A DNA stretch of 64,000 bases. Source: Candidatus Rariloculaceae bacterium. Its GTDB lineage: Bacteria > Pseudomonadota > Gammaproteobacteria > Steroidobacterales > Rariloculaceae. Position 1 is the first letter of the stretch, and each line of letters starts with the position of its first letter. Below are positions 9,015 to 18,993 of this stretch, piece after piece. Below the pieces are notes generated by a model. It saw nothing but the letters and a program-made list of their open reading frames with translations, ran no database searches and had not been told where the DNA came from. The stretch covers positions 2,268,044 through 2,332,043 of the forward strand of contig OZ242031.1 in assembly GCA_965205045.1 (NCBI GenBank). Direction: 5' to 3'. The position numbers were made by a program, and so were the translations under genes.

Positions 9015-9044
9015 AGGATTTTTGGTTGCAGGATTTTTGGTTGC
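9015..9044. repeat. perfect 15-bp tandem direct repeat (2 copies) in the promoter region of the 8856 operon
   Basis: aggatttttggttgc occurs at 9015-9029 and at 9030-9044, about 160-190 bp upstream of ATG 8856. Confidence 0.9.
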
Positions 9045-9138
9045 AAATGTGCACAAGGCGCAAACAATAGACACTCTCAAACAGACGCATGCCTCATCGG
9101 TAGCGTCGCCCCCCAGGAAAGCCCCCGTTTCGCGCTGC

Positions 9139-9661
9139 TCATTTGCCAACCGGGCAACCGCGGCCGGCCCAGGACATGGCGCCCAGCGAGGCGATCCCGA
9201 GAACGGCGAATCCTCCGGCCAGCGGCACGACCGTTCCGTCGTAGAACTGGCCGATCAGCCCGCCCAGCAACATCGACAGCAGCGTGGCAACGGTCCCGAT
9301 CAGCGCGGCGGCGATGCCCGCGATGTGGCCGAAAGGCTCCATCGCCAGCGAATGGACGTTGCCGAAAACCGAGCCAAGGCAGAAGAACGCGGCCATGCCC
9401 CATAGCACGAACGTCCACAGGGGGGGCCGGACCGTCCATCTGAATCAGGGCAACCAGGAACCCGGCCGACAACAGGCTCAGCGCCTGCAGGCCGCGAATG
9501 GCCAGCGTGCGCATACCATGCCGCACGACCAATTGCCCGTTCAGGCAGGACGCCAGGGCAAACGCCAACGACATCACGGCAAAATACGCCGGGAACAGCA
9601 CGCCCGCGTGGAACTGCTCCCTGTAAATCCAACCATTTGTTCGGTCATGACCGATTATGTA
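9139..9661 (-). pseudogene. MFS transporter (Bcr/CflA-like), N-terminally truncated and frameshifted
   Basis: Two frames carry MFS C-terminal-half sequence: ...FPAYFAVMSLAFALASCLNGQLVVRHGMRT... and ...LWGMAAFFCLGSVFGNVHSLAMEPFGHIAGIAAALIGT... The frames switch at a G7/C7 run at 9420-9426. The first ~6 TM helices are absent. Confidence 0.7.
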
Positions 9662-9710
9662 GAGTTGGTTTGCCCCTTCGGGGCCACGCCAACCACGGGG
9701 ACCACCAGAA

Positions 9711-10313
9711 ATGACCGAGCCACGCAGCATCTTTGCGGCTGACGGCGCGAACGACGAAGAGCGCCTGTATTTCAAAATGATCGACGCGGCATTCACTGCC
9801 AGGAATGACAGGGTCATCAGCAACGGCAAGCCGGCTCACGCCGTGTACTTGCTTCACAAGTTCTTGGACAACGCCGAGAGCAACGTGAAGGTCTTGTCGG
9901 GCAGGCTCTCCAGGACGTTCGACGGTGTGCTCGCTTACGCCGATCCCGAGATGGCCAGGGCTGCCATCAAGTTTCTTCGCCGGCGGGATTCACGGCTCTC
10001 GATCCTCATCGCGGACGACATTGACGTCGATCCGGGACAGGCAGCCCCGGATCATCCTCTCCTGGCCGCCATCGAGCGCGCAGAGATCAATGGGCGAGAG
10101 ACGGTTGCGCAGGCGGACGCGCAAGACCGGGACGATTTCGATCACCATTTCATCGTCATGGATGAGTCGGCCTCGCGGGTCGAGTTTGACACAGAGAACG
10201 CCAAGGCTTTCGCAAACCTCGGCGATGCGGGCTTCGCCTCCCGGTTGGCCGGCGCGTTCGACTTCTTCGAGCTGAATAGCGTTCCGCTGTATTCGAAGCC
10301 GGCAACGGGTTAA
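9711..10313 (+). CDS. hypothetical protein (200 aa)
   Basis: ATG-initiated ORF with protein-like composition. No recognised motif. Convergent with the R-M operon. Confidence 0.55.
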   Translation: MTEPRSIFAADGANDEERLYFKMIDAAFTARNDRVISNGKPAHAVYLLHKFLDNAESNVKVLSGRLSRTFDGVLAYADPEMARAAIKFLRRRDSRLSILIADDIDVDPGQAAPDHPLLAAIERAEINGRETVAQADAQDRDDFDHHFIVMDESASRVEFDTENAKAFANLGDAGFASRLAGAFDFFELNSVPLYSKPATG

Positions 10314-11601
10314 CCCCGAGAAAGAGCCTTTCATGGAGGAGTGCGCACAATGCACGCTGGGTGCGTACGCCAGCGGCATGGCGATGGCGTTTGCGGCAAA
10401 CTTGCTGGTGACGGCCTGGGCCAGCTTCTACAGGCTGCTTCAGAATCGTCAGCGCGAACTGGCTACCGAAGCGGAAGGGCTCGCCAGGAATCCGCTCATT
10501 GAAGAAGAAGTCGGCATCGAGATTCTTCAGGAACAGATTTCGAGATGGCGGCGGTACCGCGGCGGGGGGCATTTGGAGAGGTTGGCGAGCGTGCGTTTCT
10601 TGACCTTGCCGCGCGACCGGTAGAACTCGCGCAACAGCAAGGCGGGCGGCGAGTTGCGATCGCTTGTTCGCAAGGAAGTCCTGCGTCTTGGTCAACTCGA
10701 CCCTGGCTTGTGCGAAGTGCGTCATCGCGCCCTCCGCGTCAATCTTCGAATGATCCAGCATCGCCTCTGCGGCGATCAACTGAGCATCCGCCCACACATC
10801 GCAATCGCGTTCTGGATTGAGCGCGTTCTGCGCGCCGAGGCATTCTTCTACCGCCCTGCGGAGAAACTCCGGCCCGTCCGCGCCTTCCTCGGCGCGGCCT
10901 CGATTGACAAGCAAGTAGCCATAATTGATGCGGGTCTTCGCCCATTGAAGCGACTCGCCCTTTGCCTCAAACACTTCCATGGCCGTCCGGTAAAATGCCT
11001 CCGGAGCCGTCCACATGCCGATGGTACATGGCTCTCCGGTTTCCGGGTGCCGAAACGCGAAATTCGCTTGCGCCAGCCCCTGTGCACTAGTGGCAGCCGC
11101 CCAGTCAACCGGGAACCCACCATTGTCAAATCGCCATGTCGCCTTGCGGAACGCGTACTCGGCATTCAGAAACAGATCGAGCGCCTCCGAAGTGCCCTTC
11201 AGCCGACCGGCAGCAAGTTGTGCGTTTCCCGCGTCCATCTGACGTGCGCCCTGGTTCCATACGTGAGTGTGGCGGTAGCGCGTGTTCTCGGCGCACAACT
11301 TCATGGCATCTTCGATCCAGCCACCGTCGCCGCCGAACGTGTCGGCGTGCTGGATCAGCCGCCCGACCGCGCGGCTGCGAAACAGCATCGTCTTCTCGTG
11401 GTCGTACGGATCTTCCTTTGCCGTCGGCAAGTAACCCGCCGCGCATACGAAGTGCATGGCTGCGGCAACCGCATCTCCCCGGAAGAGAGCCGCCTCGGCG
11501 CGCGCCTGCCGGGCGGAAACGCGAATCTTCGTACTCACCAGCTCCGGAGCCCGCTGAGAGTTCTCCAACTCTGCCAGCGCGGCGTCGGCTTCGTCGTCCA
11601 C
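10156..11601 (-). CDS. helical-repeat (TPR-like) protein, last gene of the R-M operon; 3' end uncertain (possible frameshift near 10640)
   Basis: GTG start 9 nt after the hsdS stop. The first ~330 aa look like a genuine alpha-helical repeat protein. The last ~150 aa are Arg/Pro-rich and overlap the convergent gene 9711-10313. Confidence 0.5.
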   Translation of the reverse strand: MDDEADAALAELENSQRAPELVSTKIRVSARQARAEAALFRGDAVAAAMHFVCAAGYLPTAKEDPYDHEKTMLFRSRAVGRLIQHADTFGGDGGWIEDAMKLCAENTRYRHTHVWNQGARQMDAGNAQLAAGRLKGTSEALDLFLNAEYAFRKATWRFDNGGFPVDWAAATSAQGLAQANFAFRHPETGEPCTIGMWTAPEAFYRTAMEVFEAKGESLQWAKTRINYGYLLVNRGRAEEGADGPEFLRRAVEECLGAQNALNPERDCDVWADAQLIAAEAMLDHSKIDAEGAMTHFAQARVELTKTQDFLANKRSQLAARLAVARVLPVARQGQETHARQPLQMPPAAVPPPSRNLFLKNLDADFFFNERIPGEPFRFGSQFALTILKQPVEAGPGRHQQVCRKRHRHAAGVRTQRALCALLHERLFLGVNPLPASNTAERYSARRSRTRRPTGRRSPHRRGLRKPWRSLCQTRPARPTHP

Positions 11602-11610
11602 CTCTTTCTC

Positions 11611-12801
11611 TTATAGCTTGCCGCGAAATGCACGTTGTGAGAGAGACGCCAAGAGCTCTTTAGTTTCCTCAAGTGCCCTCCGATCCCTTGCTATAACCTT
11701 CCGAGTTTGCGAGACAAGTCGCGCGTAAGTGGCTTGAGTCTCTTTCGGCGGTTCGATTATTGGCAAGCTGCGAAGGCCCCTGATATTGATGTTGTAGTTC
11801 CCCGCTGTGGTCTTGGCTTCTTGAATCATGCGTTGTCGATATGATGGCATCGAGACCGCCGTCTGGACATGCAAGGGTGTAACGTTGACGTCATTGCGAA
11901 GACGTGCGCGAATCAGATAGGAAGCGAAAGCTGCTTCCTCGCTGGATTCGAAGACCGCGCACCGCCCAATGAAATCGGGGTTTCCGTTCGTTCTGACAAA
12001 CAAAATGTCCCCCAGCATTAACTGCAATCGCTGAAGATCTTTCGTAGGAAGACGCGCATACTTCAACTTCTCCCAAGAAACCATTCCGTCTACAATGTTC
12101 GGAATCCTCAAGACAGGTATGCAATCTTCGCAATCCAAGTCCCAGCACTTAATTGACGTTCCATATCTAATCTCAAGCAGATAATCCTTGAGCGGGCGAA
12201 CTGGCCAATTCTTCGGATTTGACAATGGATCCCCAAACATTTCCAGAAAGGCAGATTTTACAAGTTCGTCAGCATGGACGAGAGACTGTTCCCGCTTGCG
12301 GCGGATGGCGTCAGCCTTGTCTAGGATTTTTGCAATCCGACGCTGTTCATCCACCAATATGTCCGGCACTTCCATCGCGGCGATTTCCGAAGTTCTAATC
12401 GAAGGGTAGTCTTGGGCTCTAATGAGCCGGGAAGGCGAATTCATTCGAAGCCAATATGTCAAATACGATGGGTCATACTTGCCTGTTGGAGTAAGTGCTG
12501 CGAGGTGACTGACGACATATGAAGGCTCACGAAGCCGGTACACACGTCCAAGTTTTGCTGACATGCCACTCTTAGCGAAAAGGACGGTTCCTACCGGATA
12601 GAGTTTGAGCCGCCTACTTCTCGCGGTTGGATCGTCGACCATTTCACAGTCATTCTCAGATTTTTCGCCTTTGACAAGACCCTCTAGACTTCCCGCACGA
12701 ATAAATGGATGCCCATGTGAAGACAGCTCATCTGGTTTGGGAGCAGGTTGACCAGCCGATACTTCAACTACCTTGCCCAAGGGGGTCGTCGGCATCATCA
12801 C
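11611..12801 (-). CDS. hsdS: type I restriction-modification specificity subunit
   Basis: 396 aa with two target-recognition-like halves and conserved helical spacers ([16 protein letters not shown]; C-terminal [13 protein letters not shown]). ATGA overlap with hsdM. Confidence 0.9.
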   Translation of the reverse strand: MMMPTTPLGKVVEVSAGQPAPKPDELSSHGHPFIRAGSLEGLVKGEKSENDCEMVDDPTARSRRLKLYPVGTVLFAKSGMSAKLGRVYRLREPSYVVSHLAALTPTGKYDPSYLTYWLRMNSPSRLIRAQDYPSIRTSEIAAMEVPDILVDEQRRIAKILDKADAIRRKREQSLVHADELVKSAFLEMFGDPLSNPKNWPVRPLKDYLLEIRYGTSIKCWDLDCEDCIPVLRIPNIVDGMVSWEKLKYARLPTKDLQRLQLMLGDILFVRTNGNPDFIGRCAVFESSEEAAFASYLIRARLRNDVNVTPLHVQTAVSMPSYRQRMIQEAKTTAGNYNINIRGLRSLPIIEPPKETQATYARLVSQTRKVIARDRRALEETKELLASLSQRAFRGKL

Positions 12802-14318
12802 AATAGTCCATCGAGTTGCGCAAGATTAGACGCGATGTCGTCATTTAGCTTCTTCATCCTCTTTAGAATTATTTTGGGTGGATCATAGCTTTCTGTTTCA
12901 TAAACCCGCTCCTTATAGCGGTTGAGAGAGAGATCATAGTTCGTCTCTCGGATATCCTTGACCTCGACAAAAAACGCCTTGTCCTTTCGATCCGTATCCG
13001 TCTCGGGATCACGGGATCGCCATCGGACAAGGCAATCCGGCAAATCGTTCGCATCGACCGGATCCCGCTTGTCGTCGAGCGAAAATCCATCGGCCTCGAC
13101 ATCATAGAAAAACACATTGTCCGTGCGCCCGCCCTTGGTGAACACCAGAATGCCGGTAGAGACTCCCGCGTAGGGTTTGAACACGCCGCTCGGAAGGGAG
13201 ATCACCGCTTCAAGCTGGTTGGCGTCCACAAGCTGCTTACGAAGCGCCCGGTGCGCCCGGGACGACCCGAAGAGCACTCCATCCGGCACGATAGTCGCCG
13301 AACAGCCGCCGGTCTTCAACATTCTGAGGATCAGAGCGACGAACAGCAGTTCGGTCTTCTTCGTCTTTACTTGGCGGAGCAGGGAGGAATGCACATCCTC
13401 GAAGTCGAGACTGCCCTTGAACGGCGGATTTGCCAGTATCACGTCGAAACCATCATTGGCCGCTTCCGGAAACCGGTCCGTGAAGCCCTGGCTCAACGTA
13501 TCCTGATAGTGAATGTCCGGATCGTCCACGCCATGAAGCATCAGGTTCATGGCGGCGATCCGCAGCATGGTCGCGTCGAAATCGAATCCGTGAAACATTC
13601 CGCTGCGGATATGTTCGAGGTCCTCCTCCAGCAAGTCGCCCGTATAGATTTTCTCGGTCGCTCCGGTTTCTTCATCGAGATGCTCAATGGTTCCCTCAGG
13701 CGAGGAGTAGGTCCGAAGCAGATATTCCATGACGCCAACCAGGAACCCGCCGGTTCCGCACGCCGGATCGGCAACCGTCTCGGTCGGCTTCGGTTCCAGC
13801 ATTTCCACCATCAGGCGGATGATGTGCCGGGGCGTTCGGAACTGCCCACTGATACCGGCAGTCGTCAGCTTGCTGAGCAGGTATTCGTAGAGATCGCCCT
13901 TGGTGTCGCCTTCCGTCAGCGGCAAGTCATTGATCATGTTGACCGCCTTGACCAGGAGACTCGGCTTCTGGACCATGAGTTGCGCGTCCTTCATGAACTC
14001 CGCGAAGGCCGAACCGGCCGCCGCTGGGGTCTTCAGATGAGGAAAAACCTTGTCCCTGACCAGCGGGAGCATCTCATCTGCAGCGAGATGGCGGAACCGC
14101 GACCAACGCAGATTTTGCTGCTCGTCATTGAAGCGGCGCTGGAACGTTGTTCCCGTGCGTTTCCGTCGGTTCTCATCGCGGGTTTCGTTGATATCCAGCA
14201 GGCGCGCGTACATCAGGAAAGTGATCTGCTCGATCACCGTCAAGGGATTGGTAATCCCACCCTGCCAGAACTCGGTCCAGAGAGCGTCCACCCGCCGCTT
14301 CAGTTCACCTGTAACCAC
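12798..14318 (-). CDS. hsdM: type I restriction-modification DNA methyltransferase subunit (N6-adenine)
   Basis: AdoMet motif [10 protein letters not shown] and catalytic ILANPPFKG (NPPF). Confidence 0.95.
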   Translation of the reverse strand: MVTGELKRRVDALWTEFWQGGITNPLTVIEQITFLMYARLLDINETRDENRRKRTGTTFQRRFNDEQQNLRWSRFRHLAADEMLPLVRDKVFPHLKTPAAAGSAFAEFMKDAQLMVQKPSLLVKAVNMINDLPLTEGDTKGDLYEYLLSKLTTAGISGQFRTPRHIIRLMVEMLEPKPTETVADPACGTGGFLVGVMEYLLRTYSSPEGTIEHLDEETGATEKIYTGDLLEEDLEHIRSGMFHGFDFDATMLRIAAMNLMLHGVDDPDIHYQDTLSQGFTDRFPEAANDGFDVILANPPFKGSLDFEDVHSSLLRQVKTKKTELLFVALILRMLKTGGCSATIVPDGVLFGSSRAHRALRKQLVDANQLEAVISLPSGVFKPYAGVSTGILVFTKGGRTDNVFFYDVEADGFSLDDKRDPVDANDLPDCLVRWRSRDPETDTDRKDKAFFVEVKDIRETNYDLSLNRYKERVYETESYDPPKIILKRMKKLNDDIASNLAQLDGLL

Positions 14319-17300
14319 TAGTGCTCATACCTCCCATCTGTGTCTGGTTTCGGTCGCTCTTCCTGAGGCACGCCGAACATTCGGATCACCTCGAGTAGAT
14401 CGTTGACCTCCTCGTCCGTCTTGAACACGCCATCCAGGCCATCGGCATCGACTATCGTGAAGGGTCGTTCGTAGAGGCGTTCCACTGTGATCGAGCCGTA
14501 ACGGGCGATATGGTTCTGCAGAAGCCCGAGAAAACGTGTCTGCTTCGCGGTCAGTTCGGAATGCTTGCGGGCAAACTCGCTGAAGCGTTCCGCGACGGCA
14601 TTCGGGTCCATGCCGACGATGTCCCGAATGGCGAATTCGAGCGGCTCCGCAGAACGGAAGAACTCGGCGAGCACAGAGCGGCTGGCGTTCGGGCTCTGGG
14701 TCAGCACCAATGAGACCAGGGACTCTATGTCGTCCTCGGACACGGGTTGGCCCGCGCGGATTTTCCGAAGCGTCGGGTCCGTTTCGAAGTGTTTTTTCAG
14801 CTCCGCTTCGACGATCTGCTTGTACGCTCGCATGTCCACTGTCTTGAGGCTCGTCGAACGGCGGCTGTGCTCCACTTCGGTCACGTCTTCAATGATGTCC
14901 ACGATCCGGGGCGGAAGAGGCGTTCCGCGGCCACGCTCGCGGTGATGCATGATTTCGCGAAGCGGCTGACGCACTTCTTCGAGCGCCTGTACCGATATCT
15001 GCTTCCAGAACTCGTCGGACTTCACGCGCCGAATGACCGCCTCTTTCTGCCGTACCGGGTTCAGGTGCATCCGGAGCGCCGCCAACCGATCCATGAGGTC
15101 CACCTTCAGGTCGGCAAGTTCCCCGGACTTCGTCAGTACCGCTTTCTGCATGCGGGCGATGAGCAAGTCCAGTGCGTAGGCATCGCCGTATCCCCGGATA
15201 TTGCGCCATTGCATCAGGGGCGCGATTTCCCGGTGCAGACGGGCCACCGTGGCCGGTGCGAATCCGTTAAGAACGTCGGGCGCCGAGAGCGAGCGCTTCT
15301 CCCGCCATTTTTCCCGGACGGCGATCGATTCCTCCGGCAGTGCCTCGATGTCTGCGGCGACAAGGCCGATCGCCATGTCGAACGCCGGCATCGCGCTCTC
15401 CAGCAATGCGGTCTCAGCCAGCTTCAGCTTGGCTTCGAAAACAGACTGCATCAGGGACTTGACTGGCTGCGGCTCCGCCGCCCGGTAGCCCATCTCGAAA
15501 CGTTCGAAATTCTTCCAATGGTCGAAGACGCGGAAAATGGTCTTGTCCTGCCCCGGACCGAACAGGTTTTCGCACAGGCGCGTGCCGCGGCCGATCATCT
15601 GCCAGAACTTGACCGGGGACTTGATGGGTTTGGCGAACACGAGATTCAGTATCTCCGGAATGTCGATGCCGGTGTCGAGCATGTCCACGGAGATCGCGAC
15701 GGTCATCTCGGCGTTGGTCCCATCGCCCTTGAAATCGTCGATGAGTTGCTCCGCGCGGGGGTCGTAGTTGTCGATGACCTGACAGAATCGGCCGCCGTAC
15801 TGAGGGTACATGTCGTCGAAAATCTGGCGCATCAACACTGCGTGCCGGTGATTGCGGGCAAAGATGATGCTCTTGCCGGGCAGTTGTCCCGTTGCATCCC
15901 GGAGTCCGTTTTCCATGAGGTTCCGTAGAATTACACGGTTGGTGTCCTTGTTGTAAATGCTCTTATCTACCTGTTCCGACGAGAAATCGAACTGGGACGG
16001 GTCCTCGCCCTGTTCTTCCAGCGCTTCGATCTGTTCCTTGGTGAGGGTTTCGAGCTTGATGCCCTCGCGCAAGAAGTGCGTCGTGTGTTCGAAGACCTCG
16101 AACGGCGTCAGGTACTCATCGGCGACAGCCTGCTCCAGATCGTAATTGGCCGTGGGTAGCTGGCCCTCGCAATCGAACAGCCGGAACGTGCTCCTGGTCA
16201 CGAAATCCACCGGCGTCGCCGTGAGCCCGATCTGGTAGCAATCGAAATACCGGAAGATGTCTCCGTAGACGTTGTAGATGCTGCGGTGGGATTCGTCCGC
16301 GATGATGAGATCGAAGAAACCGACGTCGAAGGACTGGAACACCTTCTGCATGGCCGGGTAGGTCGCCAGGAAGATGCGTTCGCTGGCGCTGGGCTCGATG
16401 CGGGAGGATACGATCCGGATGGGTTCCGACAGGAAGTCGTTGAAGGCGTTCCTGGCCTGCTTCCTCAGCTCCCGCCGGTCGCAAAGAAAGAGTACCCGTT
16501 TCACCCAGCTGGCGCGTATCAGAAGGTCGGTCAGCGCGATCGCCACCCGCGTCTTGCCGGTGCCGGTGGCCTGCACGATGAGCGCCTTGCGGTGCTTGTT
16601 CGCGAACCGCTCGCCGACTCGCTTGATCGCCTCGATCTGGTAGAGGCGGTCGACGATCTGTTTCCTGATCTCGAGGGTGTCGAGGGGCCGCCTCTCCAGC
16701 CGCTGGAAATTCACCAGGTACTGAAGACTGTCCTTCGAGTAGAAGCCGTGGAGTTTTCGCGGCGGAAATCCCTGTGCGTCGTCCCACATCCAGGTGTCGA
16801 ACCCGTTCGTGTAGAAGATCACGGGCCGTTGCCCATGCATCTTTTCCAGTCCGTCCGCGTACAGCTTGGCCTGGTGGCGGCCGCGCTCGGGATCGACGGA
16901 TGTTTTCTTGGCCTCGACAACGGCCAGGGGATTCCCGTTGTCGTCCCAGAGGACGTAGTCGGCATAGCCGATGCCGGTGTCGGTGGGCTGACGTTCCACC
17001 TCGATTTCCTTTCCGACCTCAGCCGTACTGTCGAGACCTTCGCCGACATCCCAGCGCGCGCTGGCGAGTTGATTGTCGATCAGGCGCGTGCGGGTAGTGG
17101 CCTCATCGAATCCCAGCGCGTCCGCCGCCTCGCCTGCCGTGGCAGTCCGATAATGGGCTCTCTGTTCGCCTACGGTCATCGCGCCGGCGATGCGCCGTTC
17201 GTCCAACTCCCGCAGCAAAGCCGCCATTCGCGCTTCCTGTGCGGCCAGCTTGTCCAGGAGCCGCCGACGCTCCCGCGCGTACCCGGCTCCGGACGTTTTC

Positions 17301-17722
17301 GGCCCGGTGCCCGGTTTTCGGAAGGCCGGTATCGAACCGGGATCGCCGCCTCCATACTGAACCCGCAGCCAGCGCGCCAGGTCGTAGGCTTCCTGGAGCA
17401 GCCACGATACCGTTCGCGGCTTGACCGGTTCTCCGTGCGCGGCGCGATTGCCGTAAATTCTCAGCGCATGCAGCTTGTCGAGCACAACCCTCGGCGTGAG
17501 CGCGGTAAACGCGTGGTTCTTGAGCAGATCGATGAACGAAGGTTTGTCGGGCTTCGGCAGGCGCAATTCGTGGTAAATGCCCTTGGTGAGGTTTTCCCCG
17601 AAAAGGCGGAGTTTCACCAACGAGCTGGCCGGGTCGGTGCCAGCGTAGGCCTCGGCGAATCCTCCGAGCGACGCAAGCTCCGACCAGTCTTCACGAAGAA
17701 ATTCGAAGTTCTCCGATTTCAC
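14318..17722 (-). CDS. hsdR: type I restriction enzyme R subunit with an extra N-terminal helical domain
   Basis: 1134 aa. PD-(D/E)xK-like core [10 protein letters not shown]...VVEAKK. Helicase motifs VQATGTGKT and IIADESHR. N-terminus resembles a DUF4145-type domain. C-terminus resembles the EcoEI R C-terminal helical domain. Confidence 0.93.
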   Translation of the reverse strand: MKSENFEFLREDWSELASLGGFAEAYAGTDPASSLVKLRLFGENLTKGIYHELRLPKPDKPSFIDLLKNHAFTALTPRVVLDKLHALRIYGNRAAHGEPVKPRTVSWLLQEAYDLARWLRVQYGGGDPGSIPAFRKPGTGPKTSGAGYARERRRLLDKLAAQEARMAALLRELDERRIAGAMTVGEQRAHYRTATAGEAADALGFDEATTRTRLIDNQLASARWDVGEGLDSTAEVGKEIEVERQPTDTGIGYADYVLWDDNGNPLAVVEAKKTSVDPERGRHQAKLYADGLEKMHGQRPVIFYTNGFDTWMWDDAQGFPPRKLHGFYSKDSLQYLVNFQRLERRPLDTLEIRKQIVDRLYQIEAIKRVGERFANKHRKALIVQATGTGKTRVAIALTDLLIRASWVKRVLFLCDRRELRKQARNAFNDFLSEPIRIVSSRIEPSASERIFLATYPAMQKVFQSFDVGFFDLIIADESHRSIYNVYGDIFRYFDCYQIGLTATPVDFVTRSTFRLFDCEGQLPTANYDLEQAVADEYLTPFEVFEHTTHFLREGIKLETLTKEQIEALEEQGEDPSQFDFSSEQVDKSIYNKDTNRVILRNLMENGLRDATGQLPGKSIIFARNHRHAVLMRQIFDDMYPQYGGRFCQVIDNYDPRAEQLIDDFKGDGTNAEMTVAISVDMLDTGIDIPEILNLVFAKPIKSPVKFWQMIGRGTRLCENLFGPGQDKTIFRVFDHWKNFERFEMGYRAAEPQPVKSLMQSVFEAKLKLAETALLESAMPAFDMAIGLVAADIEALPEESIAVREKWREKRSLSAPDVLNGFAPATVARLHREIAPLMQWRNIRGYGDAYALDLLIARMQKAVLTKSGELADLKVDLMDRLAALRMHLNPVRQKEAVIRRVKSDEFWKQISVQALEEVRQPLREIMHHRERGRGTPLPPRIVDIIEDVTEVEHSRRSTSLKTVDMRAYKQIVEAELKKHFETDPTLRKIRAGQPVSEDDIESLVSLVLTQSPNASRSVLAEFFRSAEPLEFAIRDIVGMDPNAVAERFSEFARKHSELTAKQTRFLGLLQNHIARYGSITVERLYERPFTIVDADGLDGVFKTDEEVNDLLEVIRMFGVPQEERPKPDTDGRYEH

Positions 17723-18576
17723 GCCATCGCCTCGCGTAGCGCGGCGTCGAATTCCGCCCTGTTCGAAATGACGATCGGAGTCTCATGCGGTTCATCCAGT
17801 TCGCCGGATACATCGAGCCGCAGCCGCTTCTGAAAGTAGTAGAGCAACGCCTTGCGCACGGGAATGGATATTCTGTCGTTCTCCATTCGAAAGTCTCTCG
17901 CGATCACTTTCCTTTGGTCTTCGTTCAATTGCGGATTTGGCATGATCGTCACGGCGAGTCTCTCGACCCAATATGTATCCGTCCCCGATTGCCTTCCCGC
18001 CCGGCCCTCGCTACGTACGTCCAGACAACGCGAAAGAATGAAGTCCTTGAACTTCTCATCGATATGGCAATAGGCCCGCACGTGCCAACGCAGCCCATCG
18101 TTGCCGAAGGCGTGGGGCGTAACGCGGCGCCACAGCGGGAGAGGGCGTTCCGGATTCATCGACTGATATCGAATCTCTATGGAAAGGTTCTCACTGGCAG
18201 CCCCCACGATCCGGCGAAGAATATACGCGTCGATGCGCCGGTAAGGAATGGGCATGACACCGTAATCCGGCGCCGATGACAACCAGGACTCTTGTGGGGT
18301 TCCCTCAGGGTTGGCCTCGGTCTGAAGTTGGGCGAGATACGAGTCGGACTCGGGCCGAAGAAAGACCGGCGCGAAGTCGTCCGCTGCCAGATATCGCTTC
18401 GCGCTCTTGTCGTAGACCAGATTCCCGGGGGCATTTTCCGCGTACAGCCGCAGATCCTTGGATGCCTGCGGCACGGACACGCCGAACTGCCCGATGATGT
18501 CCGCGCGATTGATTCCGCCTTCCCAGAAAAGACGGAATTCTATGAACGTCAATCGCTTTTCTACACCCCAACGCAT
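17719..18576 (-). CDS. BrxR/CapW-type wHTH-WYL transcriptional regulator
   Basis: The N-terminus RLTFIEFRLFWEGGINRADIIGQFGVSVPQASKDLRLY...LVYDKSAKRYLAADDF is the characteristic BrxR/CapW wHTH. The WYL-like core is GLRWHVRAYC. 4-bp overlap with the hsdR start. Confidence 0.85.
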   Translation of the reverse strand: MRWGVEKRLTFIEFRLFWEGGINRADIIGQFGVSVPQASKDLRLYAENAPGNLVYDKSAKRYLAADDFAPVFLRPESDSYLAQLQTEANPEGTPQESWLSSAPDYGVMPIPYRRIDAYILRRIVGAASENLSIEIRYQSMNPERPLPLWRRVTPHAFGNDGLRWHVRAYCHIDEKFKDFILSRCLDVRSEGRAGRQSGTDTYWVERLAVTIMPNPQLNEDQRKVIARDFRMENDRISIPVRKALLYYFQKRLRLDVSGELDEPHETPIVISNRAEFDAALREAMA

Positions 18577-18656
18577 AACGTACTTTGCTGGCGGCAGATG
18601 ATTCCGCTGTTTTCGGCTCCATTGGAAATCAATAACGAAACTATACTAATATACTT

Positions 18657-18670
18657 TATATACGTATATA
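18657..18670. promoter_or_regulatory. perfect 14-bp palindrome in the AT-rich promoter region of the WYL-R-M operon (candidate operator)
   Basis: TATATACGTATATA lies 81-94 bp upstream of ATG 18576. It sits inside the only strongly AT-rich stretch (about 18620-18680), which carries several -10-like hexamers on the minus strand. Confidence 0.5.
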
Positions 18671-18993
18671 ATGTTTGGCTCCGTCTGCAGGACTCTTGCC
18701 GCCGGGCGGGCGATGACCCACGGCAGCACCTCGAATCCCTGGCCCGACTTCAGCAACTCGACCGAGTTTTCGCCTGATTTGACTGGTTTTGGACCGTCAC
18801 GCGCGGTTTAAGTGACTGATTTCATTGGTTCGTGTGGCCGCCGAACGGCTGTAGCGCCGACCTACGGCCTCCATCGACCAAAAATCAATCGCTTGCGACC
18901 GTTTTGGCGCTGAGTTGCGGAAATCGGGCTAACCCAACTGAGGTTCAGGCCCGTTGACGCATGCGGTCAATCGCTGACCGGGCGTGCCCGACC

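Noticed and set aside
10333-10623. 96-aa ORF directly after gene 9711-10313, with a TM-like N-terminus.
   Set aside because: Its 3' half is antisense to the (possibly frameshifted) tail of the helical-repeat gene and turns Arg/Gly-rich. It is not supported well enough to list as a CDS, but it is mentioned in a finding.
18701-18805. The minus-strand translation ...ELLKSGQGFEVLPWVIARPAARVLQTE is faintly like the GF.VLPRRWVVERTF block of IS5/IS4 transposase C-termini.
   Set aside because: Only about 10 residues are similar and the similarity breaks down immediately after LP. This is too weak to call without a database search.
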